Assembly: GCF_964194155.1 (NCBI RefSeq) | Contig: NC_135883.1 | Coordinates: forward strand, 103,230,001-103,294,000 | Reading direction: 5' to 3' | Source of the DNA: Cetorhinus maximus | Taxonomy: Eukaryota | Length of the DNA: 64,000 bases | Part shown: piece by piece, positions 51,361 through 64,000 of the stretch | How positions within the stretch are numbered: the stretch's first letter is position 1 | Layout of the letters: each line of letters starts with the position of its first letter | The notes under the pieces: model-generated | Database searches by the model: none | What the model saw: only the letters and a program-made list of their open reading frames with translations | Told to the model about the DNA's origin: nothing | Translations under genes and position numbers: made by a program

Positions 51361-54300
51361 TTTTTTTAAATATTCATTCAGGGGATGTGGGCTTCACGGG
51401 CTCGGCCAGCATTTATTGCCCATCCGTAATTGCCCTTGAGAAGGTGATGGTGAGCTGCCTTCTTGAACCACTGCAGTCCGTGTTGTGTAGGTACACCCAC
51501 AGTGCTGTTAGGAAGTGAGTTCCAGGATTTTGACCCAGCGACAGTGAAGGAATATATTTCCAAATCAGGATGGTGAGTGATTTGGAGGGGAACTTCCAGG
51601 TGGTGGTGTTCCCATCTATCTGCTGCCCTTGTCCTTCTAGATGGTAGTGGTCGTGGGTTTGGAAGGTGCTGTCTAAGGAGCATTGGTGAATTCCTGCAGT
51701 GCATCTTGTAGATGGTACACGCTGCTACTACTAAGCGTCGGTGGTGGAGGGAGTGAATGTTTGTGGATGTGGTGCCAATAAAGCAGGCTGCTTTATCCTG
51801 GATGGTGTCAAGCTTCTTGAGTGTTGTGGGAGCTGCACTCATCCAGGCAAGTGGGAGTGTTCCATCACACTCCTGACTTGTGCCTTGTAGATGGACAGGT
51901 TTTGGGGAGTCAAGAGGTAAATTACTCGCCGTACAATTTCTAGCCTCTGACCTGATTTTGCAGCCATAGTATTTATGTGGCTAGTCCAGTTCAGCTTCTG
52001 GTCAATGGCAACCCCCAGGATATTGATAGTGGGGGATTCAGTGATGCTAATGCCATTGAACGTCAAGGGGCGATGGTTAGATTCTCTCCTGTTGGAGATG
52101 GTCATTGTCTGGCACTTGTGTGGCACAAATGTTACTTGTCACTTGTCAGCCCAAGCCTGGATATTGTCCAGGTCTTGCTGCAGTTGGGCATGGACCGCTT
52201 CAGTATCTGAGGAGTCACGAATGATACCGAACATCATCAGCGAACATCCCCACTTCTGACCTTACGATGGAAGGAAGGTCATTGATGAAGCAGCTGAAGA
52301 TGATTGGGCCTAGGACACTACCCTGAGGAACTACTTCGACGATGTCCTGGAACTGAGATTATTGACCTCCAACTACCACAAATATCTTCTTTTGTGCTAG
52401 GTATGACTCAAACCAGTGGAGAGGTCCCCCCCAATTCCCGTTGACCCTAATTTTGCTAGGACTCCTCAAAGCCACACTCGGTCAAATGCGGCCTTGATGT
52501 CAAGGGTAGTCACTTTCACCTCACCTCAGGAGTTCAGCTCTTTTGCCCATGTTTGAACCAAGGCTGTACTGAGGTTAGGAGCTGAGTGGCTCTGGCAGAA
52601 CCCAAACTGGGCGTCAGTGAGCAGGTTATTGCTAGGCAAGTGCTGCTTGATAGCACTGTTGATGACCCCTTCCATTACTTCACTGATGATCGAGAGTAGG
52701 CTGATGGGGCGGTAACTGGCTGGGCTGGATATCTAAAGGACATATTTGGGCAATTTTCCACATCGCTGGATAGATGCCAGTGTTGTAGCTGTACTGGAAA
52801 GCTTGGCTAGGGGTGCGGCAAGTTCTGGAGCACAAGACTTCAGTACTATTGCCGGAATATTGTCAGAGCCAATAGCCTTTGCAGTATCCAGTGCCTTCAG
52901 CCGTTTCTTGGTATCACATGGAATGAATCGAATTGGATGAAGACTGGCATCTGTGATGCTGGGGACGTCCGGAGGAGGCTGAGATGGATCATCCACTCAG
53001 CACTTCTGGCTGAAGATTGTAGCAACAGCTTCAGTCTTATCTTTTGCACTGTTGTGCTGGGCTCCTCCATCTTTGAGGATGGGGATATTTGTTGAGCCTC
53101 CCCCTCCAGTGAGTTGTTTAATTGTCTACCACCATTCACGACTGGATGTGGCAGGACTGCAGAGCTTAGATCTGATTCGTTGGTTGTGGGATCGCATAGC
53201 TCTGCCTGTCACTTGCTGCTTATGTTGTTTGGCATGCAAGTAGTCCTGTGTGATAGCTTCACCAGGTTGATAGCTCATTTTTAGGTATGCCTGGTGCTGT
53301 TCCTGGAATGCCATCCTGCACTCTGCATTGAATGAGGCTTGATCTCCTGGCTTGATGGTAATGGTAGATTGGGGATATGCCAGGCCATGAGGTTACAGAT
53401 TGTGTTTGAGTACAATTCTGCTGCTGCTGATGGCCCACAGCACCTCATGGGTGCCCAGTCTTGAGCTACTAGATTTGTTGAAATCTATCCCATTTAGCAC
53501 GATGGTAGTGCCACACAACACGATGGAGGGTATCCTCAACGTGAAGCTGGGACTTCGTCTCCACAATGACCGTGTGGTGGTCACTCCTACTGATACTGTC
53601 ATGGACAGGCAGGCAGGTTGGTAAGGATGAGGTCAAGTATGCTTTTCCCTCTTGTTGGTTCTCTCACCACCTGCCGCAGACACAGTCTAGCAGCTATGTC
53701 CTTTAGGACTTGGCCAGCCCGGTCAGTAGTGGTGCTACTGAGCCACTACTGGTGATGGACACCCAGAGTACATTTTACACCCTTGCCACCCTCAGTGCTT
53801 CCTCCAAGTGGTGTTCAACATGGAGGAGCACTGATTCATCAGCTGAGGGAGGGCGGTACGTGGTAATCAGGAGGAGGTTTCCTTGTTCATGTTTGACTTG
53901 ATGCCATGAGACTTCATGGGGTCCACAGTCAATGTTGAGGACTCCCAGGGCAACTCCCTCCCGACTGTTTACCGCTGTGCCTACCAGTGGGACAGGACAT
54001 ACCCAGGGATGGTGATGGTGGTGTCTGGGACATGATCTGTAAGATATGATTCCGTCAGATGACTATGTCAGGCTGTCACTAGTCTGTGAGACAGCTCTCC
54101 CAATTTTTACACTAGCCCTCAGGTGTTAGTAAGGAGGACTATGCAGGATTGACAGGGCTGAGTTTGCTGCTCTCGTTTCCGGTGACTTTGCAGCGATTTC
54201 GATACAATTGAGTGGCTTGCTAGGCCATTTCAGAGGGCATTTAAGAGTCAACCACATTGATATTGTTCTGGAGTCACATGCAGGCCAGACCAAATAGGGA

Positions 54301-54473
54301 CGGCAGGTTTCCTTCCCTAAAGGACATTAGTAACAAGATGGGTTTTTTCATTAGACTTATAATGCTAGATTTTTATTGAATTCAAATTCCACTATCTTCC
54401 GGGTCCCCACAGGATTACCTTGGGACACTGGATTACTAGTCCAGTGGCAACGCCACAACACTATCGCTTCCCC
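51361..54473 (-). mobile_element. Near full-length CR1-group LINE (decayed EN-RT) with tRNA-like 5' head
   Basis: Colinear with 10950-13360 and extends further 5'; LKALDTAKAIGSDNIPAIVLK, INILGVAIDQKLNWTSHI, LKKLDTIQDKAACFIG. Confidence 0.93.
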
Positions 54474-54529
54474 TGTAAGTTTGTGGGACCTTGCTGTCCG
54501 CAAATTGGTGTAGTGTTTCCTATATTAAA

Positions 54530-54956
54530 GAAAGGAGGAATTGCATTTATATGATGTCATTCATGGCCTCAGGACTTTGCAAAACGTTTACAGGCAATAA
54601 AATACTTTATGAAGTCTAGCCACTGTCAAAGATGGAAATGTGCTTGCTAATTTACACAAACAGCAAATAGTCAGATAATCTGTATTCATCATTGAGGGAT
54701 AAATATCAGCAAGGACACTGGGGAGAGCTTTCCCGCTCTCCTTCCAATAATGCCATTGGATTCTTTTACATTTCGCTGAGAGAGAAAACATGACCTTGGT
54801 TTGTTGTTTCATCCCAACGCAGCACCTATCATAATGCAGCATTCTGTCATTACTGCACTGAAGTGTCAGCCTACACAATGCACTCAAGTCTTTGAAATGA
54901 CAGCTTGAACTCACAACCTTCAACTCAGGGAAAAGTGTGCTACTGCTGAGCCAAAC
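54530..54956 (-). mobile_element. tRNA/Deu-type SINE (SacSINE/AmnSINE-like)
   Basis: Minus strand TGGCTCAGCAG A-box and GAGTTCAAGC B-box-like; tail ATATAAATGCAA...CTTTCTTT; similar tails at ~17285 and ~43090. Confidence 0.75.
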
Positions 54957-55756
54957 TAACAATAAATTTGCAAGGTACCTACTTTGGGTATCTATTACTG
55001 CTGATACCAATGTTGTATTACCACTCGGCTGACTTGCATTTGACCACAAGAGGATCCAGATACATTCCATTAGGATCAAAGCATACATTTACCATTAGAA
55101 TACCTGGAATTACTGTCTAGAAAAAATCTCTGTTCCTAGACTAGAGTTCATTTGACATTCATAACACCAGGGTGCCATCAATTAGATTCCTCACAGTGCT
55201 CTTGCATCACTGGTCTTAATGTTGAACAATCAAAAAAATAAATTGAAAGGCTCTTTATGTGTTGTTTTGATTCTTGCCACATTCAGCAATTCTGGCTACC
55301 ATAAATAACAGTTCCAGGAATATGATCAAAGGTTGCACAGGACAGACAGAGATAATCACATTCTCTGTGATTCATAATGATTCCTCTTCAGACCAAGGAT
55401 GACCAATATATTGTATGCAACTGCCAGAGTGATTTGTGTGGTTAGACTAATACCTTGGCTTTTGTTTGATTAGAAATCAAGAATAAAAAGGACACAAAAT
55501 ACTATGGATACTGAAATGTTGAAATTAAGATTTGAAAAAAGCAAAACCCCCATGAAGGTAAAGCTATGTTCCTTTCCTCCAGCCTTCACAAATGATGTTG
55601 GCTATGTTGAGTCAATAAAAGGGCAAGCTCTGTATAATTTGAGGCAGGAACAATTTTGATGGGACAAATGAACTTTTTGTACTCTCATGCTGCTATGATA
55701 ATTCAATAACGCACTGCATGGGCTGCATTTTGTTGATGCCGTTGTTGCCCTGATGA

Positions 55757-56775
55757 CATAGGAACATAGGAAATAGGAGCAGGAGTAGGTGCTTCGAACC
55801 TGCTCTGACATTCAACTAGATCCTGGCTGATCATCTACCTCAATGCCATTTTCCACACAATCCCCATATCCCTTGATGTTATGAGTATTTCAAAGCCTAT
55901 TGATCTCTGACTTGAACATGCTCGATGACTGAGCTTTCATAGTTCTCTAGGGATAGAGAATTCCAAAGATTCACTACCCTCTGAGTGAAGAATTCCTCCT
56001 CATTTCAGTCCTAAATGGCTTGCCCCTCTGTTCTGAGACGGTGTCCCCTGGTTCTAGACACCCCCAGCTTGCATCTATGCTGTCACGCCCTTTAAGAATT
56101 TAGCAAGTTTCAATAAAGTCACCTCTCATTCTTCTAAACTCTAGAGAACACAGGACATAGTTTCCTCAATCTCTCCTCATAGGACAGTCCTGCCATCCCA
56201 GGAATCAGTCTGGTCCACCTCTGCTGTACTCCCCCTATGGCAAGTATATCCTTCATTAAGTATGGGAATCAAAGCTGTACACAATACTCCAGGTGCAGTC
56301 TCACCAAGGCTGTATGCAATTGAAGCAAGACATCTTTGCTCCTGCACTCAAATCCCCGTGTGATTAAGGCCAACATACCACTTGCCAGCTTAATTGCCTG
56401 TTGTACCTGTATGTTAGCTTTCTGTGAATTATGAACAAGGACACCCAGGTCCCTTTAGACGTCAGCATTTCCGAATCTCTCACCATTTAAGAAATACTCT
56501 GCACCTCCGTTCCTCCTACCGAAGTGGATAACCTCACATTTTTCCATTTTGTATTCCATCTGCAATGTTCTTGTACACTCACTAAGCCTATCCAAAACCC
56601 CTTGAAATCTCTTTGCATTCTCCTCACAACTCACATTCCCACCCGTTTTGTGTCATCCACAAACTCGGAAATATCACATTTAATCCCCTCATCCAAATCA
56701 TTGACATAGATTGTGAGCAGCTGGGGCCCAAGCACTGATCCTTGCAGTACCCCACTAATCACAACCTGACAATCT
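55757..56775 (-). mobile_element. CR1 LINE (HER1-like) 3' portion
   Basis: VISGVLQGSVLGPQLLTIYVNDLDEGIKCDISEFVDDTK RT motifs; tail repeats ACATAGGA. Confidence 0.88.
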
Positions 56776-57949
56776 GAGAATGAGCCAGGGTTCACCAGGA
56801 GGTCTCCCCATGTGGCAGAAGGCCCACATGCCTGCCGCAGCAGGAAGAGGCCTTTATTTTGCAACTTAAGTAGCACAATTGGCCTTCCTCCACCTTCCCT
56901 GCTGCTGGCAGAATGCCATGGTGGCAGGAAAGTGGCAGGCACTCCACCCCCCACTATTTTCCACCACCCACCCCTCAGCTTCCTATCTTGCTCTTGCAGG
57001 CCCCATAAAATTCAGCCTGACATGTGAAACTGATGGAGAGCTTCTGAAAACACGTTGAGGTGCGTTTTATAAAAATTACAAACAGCAATGATCCAAACTG
57101 CCACCATTCCTACTAACAAAACATGAGAGGTGCATAAACTGGCTAATATATTTTAAGGCAAGATATAACACTAGGCTTTTCTTCAGTTTCAATTAATTGC
57201 CCAGTTAATTATCTACAAATGAATGCAATTCTGTATTCAGTGCTGCTTTATTCTGCAAATCAATGATTAAGCCTCAAACTGATATTTGAAACAAATCAGT
57301 ATTGATTTAATGTGTTTTTTTTGGCACAGTGTTGCCAGCACAACAGAATAATTTATACAAAAATCACACCGGACTGTTTTTTTTCCTCTCCAAATCAATA
57401 CATCAAACTTGCAAAATAGATGTCAAAAAAATCTCAATCGGCACATGCATCTTGGTTAAAGTCATTTTCGTGCTACCCACACCCAAAATATGATTTTTAC
57501 CTTCTGTGGATCAGTTGAGAGTGAAGCTTTCAGCAGCTAAGTCTCGTGGTCTGCCCAGGGAGACAGCGGAGGCCACCACGAGACTCACTCAGCTCAAATG
57601 GGCATTTATTCTAGCTTCACAAAGACCACTGCCATCTCCACATAGCAGCCACCGATACAGCAGGGAAATGCACTAAGAACCCACACCCAGTTCCATCACC
57701 ATTTATATTTGACAAGCGGGAAAGGTCTGGGCAGCATTGAGGCCAATGGGAGGTTGAAAGGAAAACTCCGCTGGGCAGTGGGATGACTATATCTTTCACC
57801 GCCGGAATTATCCAATATTGTCTGCTGCAATTCTACAGGGATCACAGGTTAGAATTCCACCTATTTTCCAGCTCTCTTTCTATCTGCTGATATTACAACT
57901 AGTTTAATATTACTGTCCCCTTGTTTAAAAATTATACTCCCGTTGGCTT

Positions 57950-58210
57950 GGTCGGTGGTATAGGCACTAACCAACCTAATATTAAATCATGTGGATAAGG
58001 ATGTTCTCAGGTTAAACCTTCAATCTTTGCTGAGATAGTTTCTTTCAGTTAGGGTGGCAGTTAGGGAACTACAAATGGTTGTGGCGTTTTTAGACTAGGG
58101 AGAGGAAAAAAGTCAGCCCTACTCTCTATTGGTCATTATCCAATGCGTGTGCGTACATGTGTGTGCACGCATGAACACAACATTGGGTTCAGCTGTGCTG
58201 CCCAAAGCAA
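57950..58210 (+). mobile_element. Old SINE-like repeat (same family as 6170-6440)
   Basis: Shared blocks with the 6170 copy; followed by a Penelope-tail remnant at 58230-58355. Confidence 0.5.
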
Positions 58211-61200
58211 CAAACTGCCCATTGACACTAGTTCTGATAAATGGTCTTCAATCTCGGACGTCAACTCTGCTTCTCTCTCCATAGATACTGCCTGACCAGC
58301 TGAGTATTTCCCAGCATTTTATTTCAAATGTTTAGAACCTGCAGTATTTTGCTACTGATATACATTGTTGTGGCTCATTTGAGTGCAGGTGACACTTTGG
58401 TTGTCGTGCCGCTGTATAAATCAATACTTTCAGGAGTGAGAGTTGCGGTGGTGGTGTGTGGGGCGGAGGGGGGAGTAGCAGGACGGGGAGATAAAACCTC
58501 TTTCATGATGCAGTTAAACCAAATGGTTATAATGCAACAGTTGCCAATATTGAGATATCCAATCGTGTGATAACTATAAGCAGGGAAGTTCCCAATTCTA
58601 AAATAAAATGAATGTTTTGTGAAAGATGTAAATGATCTTGCAGTGCCTTACAACATTCTTACAGTTTTGAAAATGTTTGTAAGCAGCTGGAGCAAAGTAC
58701 TTTTATGTCTTATGAGGACATCTGCAGTCCTCAATTGTGTTATACCTTTGGACACTTTTCCACTTAGCAGAGCTTTTCTACGAGATGGGAACGTTCCAGG
58801 ATGAAAAGAGTTGATGAAGCTCGAGTCTCTCCCCTGCTATACGAGACTCGACAGCGACGCCCACCGCCGATTGTGTGGTCAGACAAAAAAATAAAACAAA
58901 TCGCTTCAAACCGTCCAGAAATGATGGAAACTCAGAGCATGAATGCCTCTGTGGTAGAACTTTTCAAAAGTTTTATCAGGTGTTTTAGTGACACGGACTG
59001 CCAATGTGCAAAGAAAACTAAACAAGAGTAGCGGGATGTCTGGAAGGCTTTGATCACAGCTTCTCTGCCAACAGATCAATGAGAATGGAGAGCTGCTGAT
59101 CTCAGAGTGACACCTAACCCAAGCACTGATGAGGAATTGATTAACACGAGTATGACAACCTGACAGGCAGGCTGGCAGGAATTCTCAAATGGTGCAGCCC
59201 ATCGCATTTGCACTTTATATCTTTCCAGGTTAAGTGATTTAAGAAGCAACATCAATCAGACGATTTATAAGGAGGCGTCTTTGATCAACTAATGGTGCCT
59301 GCTTTAAGATTCTTCAATTCTTACTAACAATACGATAAATAATAATCCTGTTTGCACGGGAGTGGGGTGTTGTGGAGGCTTGGGGAGGGGCTTCTCATAA
59401 TTTCAGGATTTTGCTGCAGATTCAGCCGTGACATTGCACGCTGTTACGCCCTCTCATCAGGCTATCCACCTACAACTTATTGAACAGAAAGCTACATCAT
59501 AGCGATAGTAGGCCTAGGGAGTCTGATCAAAGTTGTGTCGTGTGGAAACAATATAGCCTGGATTCACCTTTTATCTAGGACTTGTAGACAACTTGAAATT
59601 AAACAAAAATAGACTTGTTTTGTGTCAAAATAAAAATTGGAATTATCCAACTGTATTACATAGAATTTACAGCACTAAAACAAACCATTCAACCCAATGG
59701 CACTCTGGCAGTGTTTATGTTCTGCAAGAGTCTTCTTTCTCCCCACTTCATCTAAACCTAGCAGCGCATCCTTCTATTCCTATTTCTCCTTCATGTATCC
59801 AGCTGCTCCTTAAATACATCTATGCTGTTCACCTCAACCACTTGTTTTAAATGGCCTGCTGATATTAGGTAACATATCGTTAAGCAATTTTAATAAAACA
59901 TTACAGAAAACTTTCTTTTCTGCAGGATTTTAACGTGGCTTAATTGATACTTTAAGCAACTTTGAATTAAGAGAAGTAGACAGTGCTGATCTATCCCCAA
60001 TGAAACCCATCATTAACAAGTCAGCCGCATGTAACTTACAAGAGCAGCTAAACATCAAACTTTAGTTACATGAAAGCTGCTTTTACATTCCAACATGATC
60101 ATACTGTGCCAGTAAGTCAAAAGATGATTGATAAAGAGTCTTAATTTGGTAAAATTCTAGCAGTACCTTATTTAAGATATCAAAACTACTTCAAAAACAA
60201 TGACAAATTGTAACATTTCCATTTATATCTGTTTTAGCTGACTTCTGTTCAAATGGTGCACGCTGATGAAATCAGCAGGGTGAACTAATGGTGCAAATGT
60301 TGAATGAGCATCAATGGATTTACTTTTGATTCAAGATTTCCTTTGTTTGATGTGTAGCAAATTCATAAATGCACTTGAAATGGATGCAGTTGTCATATCT
60401 CTACGCAGAAGGGTGGCTTAAGAGGTTGCTGTGTTCCTGGGTGTAGAGGTTTACAATGTACCTGAGCTGCTTAGCACACCCCAATATAGTAAGCAAAAAG
60501 AAGGCCAGGAACTTAGAAACAATCATTCAAAAGATGGGATCTTTGAAAATGCATCTTTCCCTCAAGGCTGCATTGTAAGGTACCTGCTAATTCTGGATGA
60601 AGGCCATTGGAATATCAATTTTAAGCCTTTTGATAGAAGTATCAGCACTGGTCTCAGGCTTGGGTTCAGTACCTGCCTCATATTAAGTAGATGTTTTGCT
60701 TTTCACTTGTGCAGTAACAAAGTAGGAACATTACAAAATGGAGAGCAAATTACTTCAGTTTATTACTCCACAAGGTGTCCTACTGCTCAGATCATTTGTG
60801 CCTAGAAAACAGACTTTTGAATGGATGCATCACTTTGTAATTAAATATCTCAAAACTTAATTATCTGATTTGTAATGAAACTGCCAATGTCGACAGAGTT
60901 TGATGTGTGCGTTGCAGTATGATTGTTAATGTGCTGAATGATCCAAACAAAATCTCTTGGGCGCTTTATGATTTGCTATAGCATAACATTAGCCATGTAT
61001 TCATTCAATAAAGAGATGATAATACACGTCTGCAAACACAAAAAACACGGACCCGATTATCAGAACTCAATGTTGATTATATGACGTTCGCAGCGTTCTA
61101 AATATTTCGTGACTAATGTACTGACACGTTATTTATTGGTTAGCTCAGAGCAGATGGAATTGATAATTAGATTGAGTGAAAAAGAAAATTTAGTGGGTGA

Positions 61201-61693
61201 ATTTCTGCAGGAAATCAGCCATAAGGTTGGTGGGCAGTCTAAGCAATGTAAACACCATTTCCTGCAGTTTACTTGGCCCGTTTGCCAAAGTTACAGTAGA
61301 TTCACTGCTTTAGTGTGCAAGGCTTTCATGTTATGCACACAACAATTCTGAAACAACATCTGAAAATACAATTATAGATTTTAAGGAAAAGATAGGGTTT
61401 TGTGCTTGGAGAAAGCTTTTTAACCTTTGTGTGAAATTGGTGACAGAGGTAGGAACAATTTGAAGGTGAGAAATGCACAATATCACACAGTGAGAAGCAT
61501 TAGGACACTATTAAGGTGATTACATGCAACATTATAAAGTTAACTGCTGTCTGCACACTAAATTCATCTGGTATCAAGACAAGCAATAAATTACATTTTC
61601 ACAACAGTGTTTTCACACTACTTTTTTAAAACTACAGTTTACTGTATGTCAACTTATTTCCATGTATTGGTTGGATGGGTCACTACAGCTTTA

Positions 61694-63390
61694 ACAAAAG
61701 CAAAATACTGCAGATGCTGAAAATTTAAAATAAAAACAAAAAAGTTGGAAATACTCAGCAGGTCAGGCAGCATCTGTGGGGAGAAACAGAGTCAAGGGCC
61801 CAGATTTTCTTCCTTGAGGCGGAAATCATGATTCAGGCCATTTAACGACATCACGATCTTGCCTTCTGCCCAGCAGTGCCCACCAACACTATTTTCATAA
61901 TATGGCCAGAGGGGCAGGTTGGAGTCAGGGCCGCTGCCTTCTGAAGCAGTGCAAAGGCAGGAACAGAGGTGGGTGGCTGCTGAGGCAGGCAGGTTAGGAG
62001 GCTGCCTCCATTTGCTTGGAGATTGGCCCAATTCCACACAGGCATTAGGCACCCTAGCCCTGATCCCCCTAATCACCCATGCTCCTCCATACGCCCCATG
62101 TCTTCTCATATTGCCCCAGTTCCACCTTCCATACCTCCCATGCCACTATGGACAGAATGCAAGAGCCCTATAAGAATCTTGGGGAATTCCCAATGTTATT
62201 ATGAAATTGTCAAAATAAGCAGTCATTCAAAAGCCTCTTCAAAAAAAACCCTCAATTCTCTTAAAAGCTCATTAAACTGTCAATCAAGTGAGAAGTCATT
62301 CAAACTCCATTTGAAGAAAAGTTCTCCTCTTAAGTGGTCATAAAACTGTCAAAATAAACAAACAGCTATTCAAAAACATAATCCAATTAACTATTCAAAA
62401 CTGTCAATCAAAACATTGCTCACAGTCTCCTTGACAGCTGTATCAACAATTCCTACTGAGCTGAATCTGTTTGTGAGGTTTGGAGCTCAGGCAAACATTC
62501 ATAATTGGATTCCATTGCATAGCTGTGTGAACAAAGCCTCTAATGTTGAATACATTAAAACTTTCAAAATAGAGGAATGGATGCACCTCTGTTCAACTGC
62601 TTCAAAGGCGCAATGGATGGGTGGATGGATTGTTAATCAAAGGTGTCAGCCATCTGTTCATCTATTTAAAAGGCTCAACAGATGGCTGCAATGTCTATCG
62701 AAGAAAGGGCTAAATCACAGGGGAAAACAGACGCATTAAAATCTGAATCTCAATACCATTGAATTTAGATGAGCATTTTATCCACTGGGTAAAGTACTCT
62801 GATTCATTTGAACACTTTAACAATGCTGGTCAATTTAATGGTCCTTTTCTAAAAAAAATCCCTATCGTTAATAATTGCATTAAAAACATATTTAACTTAT
62901 CATACATCAGTTCATTATGACATGTGAAGTATGCAATACCTTTTAAACTTACCTGTCAAAAGTTCCCTGCTTCCAGTATAGGCTTACCCCATTGGTTCAT
63001 GACTTCTCTGAGGTGCCATGCACCAAGTTGTCTACCATAATGGGGCCAACTCCTTGGAAAAAGCTGGGAGTGTGTCTAAAATGTCCAGCCCCACAATGGA
63101 ATAGGCAAGGGAAGAATTGCTGCATGCAGGCTTGTTAACCACACCCTTAAAAATACCACATAATGGAATGTGGGCAAGGATTCTAGAATTGGGTTCCACC
63201 TGCAATTTTTAATCCCGCCTGCCTCAGTTCCGAAATGGGTGGAGGCATGAAAATCTAGCCCAAAATTTTAGGTCAATAACTCTTCATTAGGACAGTTATG
63301 AAAATAGGTCATTGACCTGAAACATTAACTCTGTTACTCTCTACAGATGCTGTCTCACCTGTTGAGTATTTTAAAAATTTTCTGTTTTCA
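61694..63390. mobile_element. Inverted Penelope pLTR remnant split by a ~1.46 kb Harbinger-type insertion (61796-63260)
   Basis: Left arm ends GAAACAGAGTCAA; insert has ends GGGCCCAGATTTTC / GAAAATCTAGCC with CAA on both sides; right part AGGTCATTGACCTGAAACATTAACTCTG resumes. Confidence 0.65.
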
Positions 63391-63391
63391 T

Positions 63392-64000
63392 GGGCAGAAT
63401 CTTCTGCTCTATAATCCAAATTTGATGGCTGGCTCGGAAGTGCAAGTGATTCCCACTGGGGAGCAAGATAGCCGAACGCGCATGATCTTGCGCTGTTCAG
63501 CTCATTACTTATGCACCCATGTGGAGTGTGGCAAATCTTGTGACGGGGTGGGCAGGAAATCACCCTCCCCACTGTTACCTCATGGGCTCAAAGCTCAGAG
63601 CATCATATTTAAAGGGCACCCAGGCAGCTTCCTTCTCTCCCTCACTTAGCCTGCCTCCCAGGTCCAGCCTTCGCTCCACCTTCCACCCTAACCCTACCTT
63701 CCAGCCTTGGCACAGCTTGTGCTGCCAGCACCCGATATGACTGAAGTTATGAGTGGTCCCCAAGAAGGCAAAAGCAGTGCCTACTGACCTCAAAGTCATG
63801 GACGAAATGAAGCTTGCCAGGTGCATGCCACTAATGTACAGTTATAAAAATGAATGGTCTAATTGGCGGGGAACTTAATTTGGAGGGGAAACTTAATTCT
63901 GGTGAGGTGGCCTTTTAATGAGCGTGCATGACATGCTAATACATGCAGAAGGGCTTCCTGACATTGTTCGGCAAGCAGCTTGACCTGCCTTTAAAGTCCC
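63392..64000. mobile_element. Harbinger-type element, runs off window
   Basis: Begins GGGCAGAATCTT, interrupting a Penelope tail; GC-rich interior. Confidence 0.55.

Noticed and set aside
58811-58856. TGATGA followed by a hairpin, resembling a hammerhead
   Set aside because: No GAAA after the stem and no C at the start of the core.
1-64000. CRISPR arrays, prokaryotic operons, tRNA or rRNA genes
   Set aside because: The sequence is a spliced vertebrate locus; no repeat-spacer arrays were seen and the tRNA-like boxes belong to SINE heads.

Overview
Vertebrate genomic DNA, most likely a cartilaginous fish (inferred from the shark-type repeat landscape). The whole window lies inside an ephrin type-A receptor 7 (EPHA7) gene on the minus strand. 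Six coding exons could be read with canonical GT-AG borders and consistent phases: 36044-35920, 31082-30914, 18072-17964, 15575-15520, 5054-4929 and 157-<1. Using mammalian numbering these are exons 6-11, covering the second fibronectin III domain, the transmembrane helix, the juxtamembrane region and the start of the kinase. Everything above 36044 is the large upstream intron. The introns are packed with transposable elements: a near-complete two-gene Harbinger (transposase plus spliced Myb/SANT gene) nested in a MITE, a second decayed Harbinger, two Myb-only deletion derivatives, several MITEs with 3-bp TSDs, a non-autonomous Gypsy element with a 5-bp TSD, solo LTRs, CR1-group LINEs, Deu-type SINEs, and Penelope remnants carrying minimal hammerhead ribozyme motifs. 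I see no demonstrably new biological system. The best leads are: an in-frame alternative splice donor adding 33 aa to the EphA7 ectodomain; a phase-compatible transposon acceptor that could give a secreted EphA7; a Gypsy whose RT/RNaseH/integrase core is replaced by coiled-coil sequence; a tRNA-headed, ORF1-less LINE; and three PBX/MEIS/HOX motif clusters that may be enhancers. All family names come from motif recognition, not database searches.
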